Shown piece by piece: positions 51,447 through 62,481 of a stretch of 64,000 nt of DNA. The notes below the pieces were generated by a model. The model was given only the letters and a program-made list of their open reading frames with translations, did no database searches and was not told the DNA's origin. The stretch comes from Reclinomonas americana ATCC 50394 (Eukaryota), in NCBI GenBank assembly GCA_048213135.1, contig PS015219.1:84225-148224 (forward strand). The letters run 5' to 3'. A program made the translations under genes and the position numbers. Within the stretch, counting starts at the first letter, position 1, and each line of letters starts with the position of its first letter.

Positions 51447-52397
51447 TTATGAGGGTTTCCGTCGCGCATACGTGCGCAACACTCTCGCGGCATCGGCCGG
51501 ACTCCGCGTCTGCAACTCCAACATCAATTCCCACGCCGGCTGCGACTCGGCGGTGCCCGGGAACGGCAGCTGTGCCATCGAGCAGGCTCGGTCGGCCAGC
51601 GCCACCAGCACACGCGCAGTGATTACGGCATCGTACAGCGCACGGTGATATGTCGTCCCTCCGTCGGTGACCACCGATGTCACATCTGCAGGCGATGTGA
51701 GGGCGCGCCGAGGGCACAAACAGTGGAACAGCGGAGCGCACCGAGAGACTTGATGCTGCCGGCGGCCACCAAGTGCTCCGCGACACTCTGCAACGCAAAC
51801 GACGACAGCTTGTGCTCTCGCAACAGCCTCCGCGCCAGCACCACCGAATCAAGCACCTGTGACGAGCCGTCGACCAGCAACGGCGGCAGCGGTAACCGTA
51901 CCCGCTCAAATGCCTTGCGCAGATGCCGCAGATCGAACGGCGCATTGTGGAAGCACACCACATGACAGTCGGCTACACAGCGATGCATTGAGCAACAGCA
52001 ATAGCAGCACAGCCAAGACACAACACGTACCAATGAACGATCGCAGTTGATCCAGCACCAGGCGCGGCGCCGGCGCCGTCTCCAGCATGCGCGTGGTGAT
52101 GCCACAGTACTGCTGCACGCGCTGCTCGGTGGCCCCATACCACATGTGCCTCGGAATCGCCACAAACGGATTCATCAGCGACGAGTACGTGGAAACCACA
52201 GCGTCGTTCGCCGCCACCAGCTGCACCTTGGCCACCCCCACCTGCACCAACGCACAAACCCGAATGAGACAGAGAGAGACAGAGAGCGCGTGACACGCAC
52301 CAAAGAAACGCGCCTCGATGACAAAATCAGCAGCCGACAGCCCCGTTGTCTCCGTGTCGATCACCGCGCACTGCAGCACGCGGCTCGACTGGCTCAT
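51447..52397 (-). CDS. DEDDh 3'-5' exonuclease (DnaQ/Pol III epsilon-like)
   Basis: ExoI VIDTETTG, ExoII HNAPFD, VLDSVVLAR and ExoIII HRALYDA. Confidence 0.88.
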
Positions 52398-52474
52398 CCA
52401 TCGTCGACACCATGTTGCTTGCCACATTACAAATCCGACAATCAACGCGACGGACAGACAGACAGACGGAAGGA

Positions 52475-54648
52475 ATGTTGCGCGCCTCGGCGAGACGTCG
52501 CGGTAACGGCGGTGGCAGCTGCTCCCACTGCCAGCACGACGAGTACAGCAACAGCAGTGGCGAGCGGCACGATCACTCAACCACCGACGACGAGACCGAC
52601 GAATCATCACCTCGTGTCGCGACCGTTGCCTTTGCCGCAGCCGCCGCCTCCTCTTCTTTGTCGTCTGTGGCGCGCGCCAGTGATGGCAGTGTGGTGACTG
52701 AGCTGCACTTCTCACGCGACGCACGCGCTCTCGATGCCGAAGATCCGCCATCGCTGACCGTCTACATTCGAGCGTGCGCGCGTATGGGAGTGGCACTGGG
52801 ACCGGATCCGGCAGTGGTGGTCGCACTCAAGCTGCCGTCGGTCACACTTGTGCGGCCAAGGTTTGTGTGTGCTTGTGTGTGCCTCGTCTTCTTCTTCTTC
52901 GTCTTGGTGTTTGACTGTGAGAGTGCGTGCGTGTGTGTGTGTGTATTCGCATATTCCCCCGCGGTTCAGTCGTACGTGGAGTGAGAGCGATGTGTTGGCG
53001 GTGTGCGAGGCGCTGATTCACGACAATTCCATCACTGCGTTGGACTTGTCGAGCCGGTGTCGCAAGTGTGGACCCGACTGGTGAGTGTGTGTGTGCGCGC
53101 GCGTGTGTGTGTGGAGGACCATTCAATCATTAACACTCAACTCCGGTTCCGGCGAATGTTCTCGTTGTTTCTGTTTCTTCGTTTCACCGCGCGCTTTCTT
53201 CCTTTCACCACTCCTTCATTCCATCTTGCTCGCGCTCGTTCTCCTCCTCCTGTGCCTCCGTGCTCTGTTTCTCCCCGCCGTGCGTCTCTCGTGCGTTTAT
53301 CGCTTCTCCGTTCTCCATTTTTGGTATCGATGAATATTCCCCAGCACGTGCTGATTCGCGCTGTGCGCTGCAGGCTCCGTGTGCTGTGTGCGCTGCTCGC
53401 CCGCAACCACCGCATCACGTCGGTGAACTTGGCCTCCAATCGCATCGACAATGAGGTGCGTGAACATCTCTTGCTGCGTTTGTCCATATTTATCCGCCCA
53501 ATTTCTTGCATGCTCGAAACAGGGCGCATTCCTTCTGGCCGACCTGCTGATGCACGACGAGAACCTCAACAATCTGCACGTGCTCAACCTGCGCTCCAAC
53601 AACATCAAGGTGGACGGTGCGCAGGCTCTGGCCAAGGCGCTCTCACACAACCGCACTCTCGTCTCTTTCGACATTTCAAATAACTCGATCCGCGTCGACG
53701 GCGCGGCGCTCATTATGAATGCCGCCGCCCAGAATGTCAATATCACGATTGCCAATGCCGAGGTTCGAGGGATGCTTTTGCTGTTGTTGGTGTCCCCGAA
53801 CTGACTCGAGATCGTGCGTGCAGGGCAATTTGCTGATCGAGGAGCTGGCCAACGCCATCACGCACGGCGTCGGACTGTTCCTGGCCTTCCTCGGCGGCGT
53901 CTACATGATGACGCAGGCCGCACAGCGAACCACCGTGCACATGATGGCGTGCGCCATTTTTGTGTCGGCACTGACGCTGATGTATGCCGCCTCCACTTTC
54001 TACCACTCGTTCTTCCTGCTCGACACGGTTTCGTCTGCACTCCCCAATCACGCGTGTCGTGTGTCTATGCCTCTCTCTTACCAAACCATATGGTTCATGC
54101 AGGCGCGTGTCATTTTCAAGATCCTCGATCGCGGCTTCATCTACGTACTCATTGCCGGCACCTACACCCCGTTCCTCATGATCAACCTGTATGGCACGTG
54201 GACTGGACCGATGCTGATGGCTGGCCAATGGGGCCTGGCACTATTCGGCATCTTCCTCAGCGTGCGCCAGTACACCTCGGTGCTGACCACACTGCTGTAC
54301 GTGTGCATGGGCTGGCTGGTGATGTTGAACCCGAAGCCCTTTGCCGACTCGATCAGCGGCTACGGAATGTGGTGGGTGGCGGTCGGCGGCATCTTTTACA
54401 CTGGCGGCGTTTACTTTTTCCTGAAGGACGAGGTGAAGCCGATCTACCACAGCATTTGGCATGGTGTGTGTGTGTGTTGTGTGCACATACGCGAAGCTGT
54501 CGCTGCATTAGCTGACTCGATGTGTGCGGCAGTGTTTGTGATGCTGGGCTCGTTCAGCCACTACTTTGCCATCTTGTGGTACGTGGTGCCGCACCGCATT
54601 GTGGCGCTGGAGGGTGCCGACGACACCATGTTCCGCGAACTGGCATGA
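52475..54648 (+). CDS. Fusion of RI-type leucine-rich repeats to a hemolysin III/PAQR multi-TM domain
   Basis: LRRs ITALDLS, ITSVNLASNRIDNEGA, LHVLNLRSNNIKVDGA and LVSFDISNNSIRVDGA join in frame (intron 53763-53823) to EELANAITHGVG..STFYH..LDRGFIYVLIAGTYTPF..HSIWH..H. Confidence 0.85.
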
Positions 54649-54865
54649 TAGATAATTCCGTACCTCCAGAGACACACACGCGCGGTTCTCTCCTGCGTAT
54701 AGCCAGAAAAAACACACACATACGACGCATGACGCGAAGAAAAAACACTTGTACATCACACACCTCCACAAGTAGGTTTCAAATATATTCTTTTCTGCCG
54801 CGGCACGGCAAAAATAACACACCAGAGAGAGGGGGAGGGGGGGTTTAGGGTTCCTATTGCACTCG

Positions 54866-57800
54866 CTACTTTTTCGCTAATTGCAGCCCGTTGGTCGTTG
54901 GAACTGCGTCACTATTTTGCTGCTGCGGAGGCACTGCCGCCTGCCGGTNNNNNNNNNNNNNNNNNNNNGCCGCCCCCGCTGCCATCGCCTGATCGCGCTC
55001 CGCCAGGTTCTTCCAGTACGCCAGATTTTGTGTTAGTTGCTCCTCGAGGAACGCCAGGTCGGGCACCAGTTTCGAGACGAGGCGGTAGGCCGGCAGTCCC
55101 ACGTTGGTGTCGAAGCCGACTTGCAAACTGGCCAGTGTGGTCCGATCTCGATCGCAGATGGGCGTCACTGGCAGGTTGTGCCTCTTCTCGGCATCGCCCT
55201 GGTTGAAGAACTCGCTGAGCATGACCTCGGCCCAACGATGCGCCAGAGTCGTTGGCCTCGCAATGTTGCTAATGTCGGCAATCTGCGAACAAACACAAAA
55301 TGAGAAACTCATCTGCCCTGCTTTCTCTTCTTTTCTTCGCGCGCACACCTTCATGAGCATGCCAATCATCGTTCGCCGCGTGGTGAGGTCACGACGAGCG
55401 AGGCCACCAGAGGAGATCAGTTCGGAGAATCGCTTCAGCCAGTCACCGTGCTTGGCCATGTCGGTGGCCAAGATCAAGCCCACCAGACTTTGGTAGAACT
55501 CGTGACTCTCGTCGGCGGTCAGGTTGGTCAGAATGTTGCAGTCGGGCAAACTGAGAATGCCGACCGCCAGAGCCGCGTGGTGTGACTCCATCGTGCTCTC
55601 CTTGTTCAGCATTGCAAAAGGTGACTCGATGGCATTGATGTGGCCATTATTGAAGCTGCAGGCGTTGCATGAATATGTTAGTCGCGAGAANNNNNNNNNN
55701 NNNNNNNNNNNNNNNNNNNNNNNNNNNNNNNNNNNNNNNNNNNNNNNNNNNNNNNNNNNNNNNNNNNNNNNNNNNNNNNNNNNNNNNNNNNNNNNNNNNN
55801 NNNNNNNNTCAAGTCAGCAAGAAGAAGACAGCGATCGATCGACGAGGGGACGATGCACCATTCCAGGGACCAGTGCGCGTCCACCATCCGGCCGCGCCTG
55901 ATGATGCGCAAACCAGTTGGTGGCCACCAGTCGTCGCAGCAGAGGACTGCATGCAGGGGAGATGTCAACACGAAGAAACAAAGATGAGGACGATGATGAT
56001 GAACAGTTCGCACCACGCCTCACTGGTCTCCCACGGAGTGACACCCGTGCGCCATGCCTCATCCCACCCTGCTCGCACGTGAGAACAAGCTGTGCAGAGT
56101 GAGAGTGAGAGAGAGAGAGACCTTCTGCTTGCTCCTTGCTCGACATGATCTCCTGCAGCTTTGTGCGCTGCACTTGATGTGACATGCCAGTGGTGCTCAA
56201 CGGTCGCACTGAGGGCGGTTGTGCGAGATGGCGCAGGAGCACAAGAGCGCGACGTCGCACGAGCATTTGGATGGGACAGTGTGATTGCGCGAGCACATAC
56301 TGCGACCGTTTTTAGGCTGTGAGCGAGAGAAAGAGTTCGGAGCAAAAAAGAAACCAACAGGGGATTCCGAAAGCCACTGGAGCAACACCCCCAGTCGTCC
56401 TCTCTGGTCTCAGTTGCTGCGGCGGCGTGGTTGAGTTGTCTCACATGCGCTTTTCGGTCAACTTGACGCGTGTCGAACGCGGAGCTGTCACGCAACAACG
56501 TGTGGAGGTGGATGCTGCGGCTGACGCCACTCTGCGGGATGTGAAGGCGTTGGTGAAGGCGCAGACGGGTGAGTGTGGGGTGGACGGCTCTTCCTTTGTG
56601 CCTATTCCTTGCCGGATGCGTGTGCGTGTATTTGATTTCTCGTGACGCGCCGTTAGTATTCCGAAACACTCCCTTCACTCTCACACTCCTTTGCGTGCGT
56701 TCTCTCCCTTCTGTGTGCGCACCCCTGAAAGGGCGAGAGACGCACACACGCACGCACACACACACAGCCGTGTCATTCTTTGTTTCGTGTATCACTCACG
56801 TTTTCCTCAATACCGGCACTCGTCCGTCTGTCTCTCGTTTGGTTTGTGTGTCTTCCGGCTCACGCTCGCATCTGACGGCAGGTTTCGAGGAGTGGAGTCA
56901 GGTACTATCGTATGATGGGCTTGCGCTGGACGATGCCAATGCGCTGCAAGACATTGGAGTGCACGCCGGAGCGACGATGCTCGGCATTGTCAGTTACGTC
57001 TTGTTCCGTTTTCTCGATTTTTTGTGCACGATTGCAATGCATGCATTAACAATCATCGATGCTTACTTGCTTGCTTGCTTTGTAGATCCGGTGCCAATCT
57101 TGGGAGGAGGCGCGCTGTCTTTCGCGCCGGCCCTGGTGACGCCCCGGTTCAGCGAGGATCAGACGCCTCTGAGCAGTGCGCGAGGTGGAAGCATGAGTGC
57201 GCGTGCGACGAGTGCCGGCCGATCACGGGGTGCGAGCTCGGTGGGCTCATCCTCCGTCGGCGAAGCGGCAGCGGGCGTTGCCGGAGCAGGTGGAGCGAAG
57301 CTGCAGACCGCTCGACTGCTGCGCGAACTCATTCCGGCGGAGCGCATGGTGGCCGCCTGCGACCTGCTCGACACCATTGTGACGTGTGGCATGTGCGACA
57401 AGGATCCGTCGGGTCTCATGACCGCGGTGAAGCAGGGACTACCAGGTGCGTGAGTGGGATAAAGGGAGAGAGAGNNNNNNNNNNNNNNNNNNNNNNNNNN
57501 NNNNNNNNNNNNNNNNNNNNNNNNNNNNNNNNNNNNNNNNNNNNNNNNNNNNNNNNNNNNNNNNNNNNNNNNNNNNNNNNNNNNNNNNNNNNNNNNNNNN
57601 NNNNNNNNNNNNNNNNNNNNNNNNNNNNNNNNNNNNNNNNNNNNNNNNNNNNNNNNNNNNNNNNNNNNNNNNNNNNNNNNNNNNNNNNNNNNNNNNNNNN
57701 NNNNNNNNNNNNNNNNNNNNNNNNNNNNNNNNNNNNNNNNNNNNNNNNNNNNNNNNNNNNNNNNNNNNNNNNNNNNNNNNNNNNNNNNNNNNNNNNNNNN

Positions 57801-60800
57801 NNNNNNNNNNNNNNNNNNNNNNNNNNNNNNNNNNNNNNNNNNNNNNNNNNNNNNNNNNNNNNNNNNNNNNNNNNNNNNNNNNNNNNNNNNNNNNNNNNNN
57901 NNNNNNNNNNNNNNNNNNNNNNNNNNNNNNNNNNNNNNNNNNNNNNNNNNNNNNNNNNNNNNNNNNNNNNNNNNNNNNNNNNNNNNNNNNNNNNNNNNNN
58001 NNNNNNNNNNNNNNNNNNNNNNNNNNNNNNNNNNNNNNNNNNNNNNNNNNNNNNNNNNNNNNNNNNNNNNNNNNNNNNNNNNNNNNNNNNNNAATTCGAG
58101 TGATGAGTCGGGGGAGAAGTGGGGCAGCTGCCGCAAGCAGTCTCACCATTGTACGCAAGAGACGGCGCTCGTGATCCACCAGCCACAATGAAACACGCTC
58201 GGCGTCCATGACCTGGATCGAAAGAAACGAAGGGGTGAGTGATCGCGGGGAGGCAAGGGAAACGTGAGGTGCTGCTGACCTCTCGTGACTGCTGCATGAT
58301 CTGATTAATCACATGCTCGTTGGGGGCACCGTTGGTCATCGAGGAAGCAATCGCGAAAATGGACTACGCAATGCGGAGGTCAGTGGTGGTGGAGCAAAGA
58401 AAGAGCACTGACGGGTGAGAGCGGTACACACCCCAATCTTCTGCTTGCCCTCCTGCACGCGACGCGACATGGACTGGTTGTTAAGCGCCACGGCGCAAAA
58501 GTTGGCAATGGCCGTGACCGTGCGTTCGTCGCTGGCACTAAACGTCAAGTCCTTGGCATTCCTCTTGTTCAGCACCTGAAGCGATGCACGAGAAGAGTGT
58601 GAGAAGCAAGCTGCGAGGGCCATGCGCAATCAAGCATTTGAAGTACCTGAATCACACCAATGACGTGTCCGTCGACCGTGACCGGCACGGTCAGCATGCT
58701 GCGAGTAATGTAGCCGCGCTGCTGATCCACCGAGTCGTTGAAGGCCGAGTGTCCGCGCACATTGGGTGTGTTGACCAGCGTGCCAGTTTGTGCGACGTGA
58801 CCAACAATACCGGTGCCCAGAGGCACACGAATCTCCTCCGTGTCTGCGAACCACAAGTGTGAGGCATACAATGTACAACAAAAGTGAGACGCACACACAC
58901 GCTGCACTCACCATGTGCCACCTTGGTCAACAGCACCTCGTTGTCCCAGTCGACCACATACACCGAGCAGCGATCGGCACCGACAATGTCTCGTGTGCAG
59001 TCGGCGATGCGCAGCAAGCAGTTGCTTGTCGTGTCGTGACTGAGAATGTTGGCAAACTCCACGTACGTGTTGCTGCGCACAATCTCCTTTTGTGTGCGCT
59101 CATGATGCAGCGCATTGGTCAGCGAGATGCCGACAAACACTCCGAGAATGGTGCAAAAGTATTCGTCGTCGTCAGTGTACGGCTCGCCGCCGTTCTTGTT
59201 GATGAACTGCAGCACACCAATGATCTGTCCGTGACTCTTGATTGGCAGGCACAGCATGCTCTGCGTGTATGCATGTGAGCCCACCGTTTTCCAACGCGGA
59301 AACGATTTCGAGATGATTTCCGTACCTTGGTGGTGTAGCCGGTGAGCTCGTCGACATCGTGATTGAAACGCGGGTGCGCGTAGGCGTCGCGAACATTGAG
59401 CACCGTCTCTGCAGCGGTCGTGCACACACGAATGAGGAGACGCGTGTGTGGTGCACCACAAAACAGAGAATGCGAGTTGTTACGCACCCGACGTGACACA
59501 CAAGCCCGCAATACCCGATGTCGCGGGCAAGCGGAATTCACTCATGCCATCGGCCATCAGCGACACCAACTCGTTTGTGTCCTTGTCCAACAAGAACATG
59601 GTGGCGCTGTGCATGTGCGCGAGGTGGTGAGTGACGAGCAACATCGTTTTGTCACCGTCGCACTCACCGGTCGGAGCGTGTCAGTGTGCGGGCATCTGTG
59701 AGGATTTGAGATGCGAGTTGTGTGGTCGAAATGTTGCTCTGCGCAGGGCGGTCGGGCAGTGAGGATGCTTGTCGACGTGCAATCACAGTGCAGGCTCGCG
59801 CACCGTGACATCTCGAGCGAATCCGAGAAGCGCCTGCAGTCGGTCCTTGTCGTTGCGTGCGTGCTCGTAGTTGCGCTCCAGCAGCTGCTTGCTGAGAATG
59901 TTGTCGAAGGCCAGGCTGACCGACTGCAACACAATCTCCACCGCCTGCACCACTTGATCGTCCATTTGGCGTCGGCTGCTGCCCCGCTGAATGCCGTAGA
60001 CGAGAACGCCAGCATGCTATGATAGGAGATAGAGTTGGCACACGAGACAGGCATCAAACATATCACAAACAAAGATCCACTCTTACCGATGTCTTGTCGC
60101 GGTTCTGGAACGGCGAAAAGGCTACCTGCGTCACTGGAGCTGCTGTGCCGTGCAGTGCCGGATCATCGGTCCGTGCATTGTATCGTCTGTCGCTCGACAG
60201 ATCTGCGACATGCACCACCGGCGAGCAGCTCAGCACGCTGCATCGAACCTTGCAGACTAAAAAGAACCGATGCTCACCATTGACCACCACCGTGGTCTGC
60301 GTGTTCATGGCAAACATGNNNNNNNNNNNNNNNNNNNNNNNNNNNNNNNNNNNNNNNNNNNNNNNNNNNNNNNNNNNNNNNNNNNNNNNNNNNNNNNNNN
60401 NNNNNNNNNNNNNNNNNNNNNNNNNNNNNNNNNNNNNNNNNNNNNNNNNNNNNNNNNNNNNNNNNNNNNNNNNNNNNNNNNNNNNNNNNNNNNNNNNNNN
60501 NNNNNNNNNNNNNNNNNNNNNNNNNNNNNNNNNNNNNNNNNNNNNNNNNNNNNNNNNNNNNNNNNNNNNNNNNNNNNNNNNNNNNNNNNNNNNNNNNNNN
60601 NNNNNNNNNNNNNNNNNNNNNNNNNNNNNNNNNNNNNNNNNNNNNNNNNNNNNNNNNNNNNNNNNNNNNNNNNNNNNNNNNNNNNNNNNNNNNNNNNNNN
60701 NNNNNNNNNNNNNNNNNNNNNNNNNNNNNNNNNNNNNNNNNNNNNNNNNNNNNNNNNNNNNNNNNNNNNNNNNNNNNNNNNNNNNNNNNNNNNNNNNNNN

Positions 60801-61595
60801 NNNNNNNNNNNNNNNNNNNNNNNNNNNNNNNNNNNNNNNNNNNNNNNNNNNNNNNNNNNNNNNNNNNNNNNNNNNNNNNNNNNNNNNNNNNNNNNNNNNN
60901 NNNNNNNNNNNNNNNNNNNNNNNNNNNNNNNNNNNNNNNNNNNNNNNNNNNNNNNNNNNNNNNNNNNNNNNNNNNNNNNNNNNNNNNNNNNNNNNNNNNN
61001 NNNNNNNNNNNNNNNNNNNNNNNNNNNNCACAGACTGATGCCGGTATCCTCCGTGCGTTGCACAGTCTTGCCTTGATCGTCGACGCAGAACCACACCAAC
61101 TTCTTGTGCCGTGCGTCGTGGAACACGATATTTGCAAAGTCCACCGGCAACACGGCTGTGTGTGGGGGGAGTGTGAGCACGCTGATACTCTTCCTCACTC
61201 TCTCTCTCTCCCTTTCTCCCACTCACGCACCTGGTAGTCCCTGCTTCACCGCGGTCATGAGACCCGACGGATCCTTGTCGCACATGCCACATGTCACAAT
61301 GGTATCGAGCAGGTCGCAGGCGGCCACCATGCGCTCTGCCGGAATTAGCTCGCGCAGCAGTCGAGCCGTCTGCAGCTTCGCTCCACCTGCTCCAGCCACG
61401 CCCGCTGCCGCTTCGCCGACGGAGGATGAGCCCACCGAGCTCGCACCCCGTGATCGGCCGGCACTCGTCGCACGCGCGCTCATGCTTCCGCCTCGCGCAC
61501 TGCTCAGTGGTGTCTGATCCTCGCTGAACCGGGGCGTCACCAGGGCCGGCGCGAAAGACAGCGCGCCTCCTCCCAAGATTGGCACCGGATCTACA

Positions 61596-61629
<34 letters not shown>

Positions 61630-62221
61630 CGATGATTTAATGCATGCATTGCAATCGTGCACAAAAAATCGAGAAAACGGAACAAGACGTAACTGACAAT
61701 GCCGAGCATCGTCGCTCCGGCGTGCACTCCAATGTCTTGCAGCGCATTCGCATCGTCCAGCGCAAGCCCATCATACGATAGTACCTGACTCCACTCCTCG
61801 AATCCTGCCGTCACATGCGTGTGTGAGCCGGAAGACACACAAACCAAACGAGAGACAGACGGACGAGTGCCGGTATTGAGGAAAACGTGAGTGATACACG
61901 AAACAAAGAATGACACGGCTGTGTGTGTGTGCGTGCGTGTGTGTGCGTCTCTCGCCCTTTCACGGGTGCGCACACAGAAGGGAGAGAACACACGCAGAGG
62001 AGTGCGAGAGTGAAGGGAGTGTTTCGGAATACTAACGGCGCGTCACGCATCCGGCAAGGAATAGGCACAAAGGAAGAGCCGTCCACTCCACACTCACCCG
62101 TCTGCGCCTTCACCAACGCCTTCACATCTCGCAGGGTGGCGTCAGCCGCAGCATCCACCTCCACACGCTGTTGCGTGACAGCTCCGCGTTCGACACGCGT
62201 CAAGTTGACCGAAAAGCGCAT
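54866..62221 (-). CDS. Class I cyclic nucleotide phosphodiesterase with an N-terminal ubiquitin-like domain and tandem GAF domains; middle exons missing from the assembly
   Basis: Catalytic C-half ESTMESHH, LILATDMAKH, ADISN and EFFNQGDAEK. GAF motifs DAYAHPRFNHDVDELTGYTT..SMLCLPI..GVLQFINK and GIVGHVAQTG..SMLTVPV..LNK. Ubl-like N-terminus. Linkage across the N gaps is inferred. Confidence 0.75.
55810..57474. repeat. Inverted near-identical copy of 61200-62864, bounded by N gaps
   Basis: The reverse complement matches the 5' exons of the PDE and methyltransferase genes, with scattered SNPs and small indels. Confidence 0.95.
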
Positions 62222-62481
62222 GTGAGACAACTCAACCACGCCGCCGCAGCGACTGAGACCAGAGAGGACGACTGGGGGTGTTGCTCCAGTGGCTTTCGGA
62301 GTCCCCTGTTGGTTTCTTCTTTGCTCCGAACTCTTTTCTCTCGCTCACAGCCTAAAAACGGTCGCAGTATGTGCTCGCGCGATCACACTGTCCCATCACA
62401 ATGCTCGTGCGACGTCGCGCTCTTGTGCTCCTGCGCCATCTCGCGCAACCGCCCTCAGTGCGACCGTTGAGCACTACTGGC

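Noticed and set aside
57416-61222. Long ORFs running through X stretches (also at 672-960 and 12360-12838)
   Set aside because: They are artefacts of translating N gaps.
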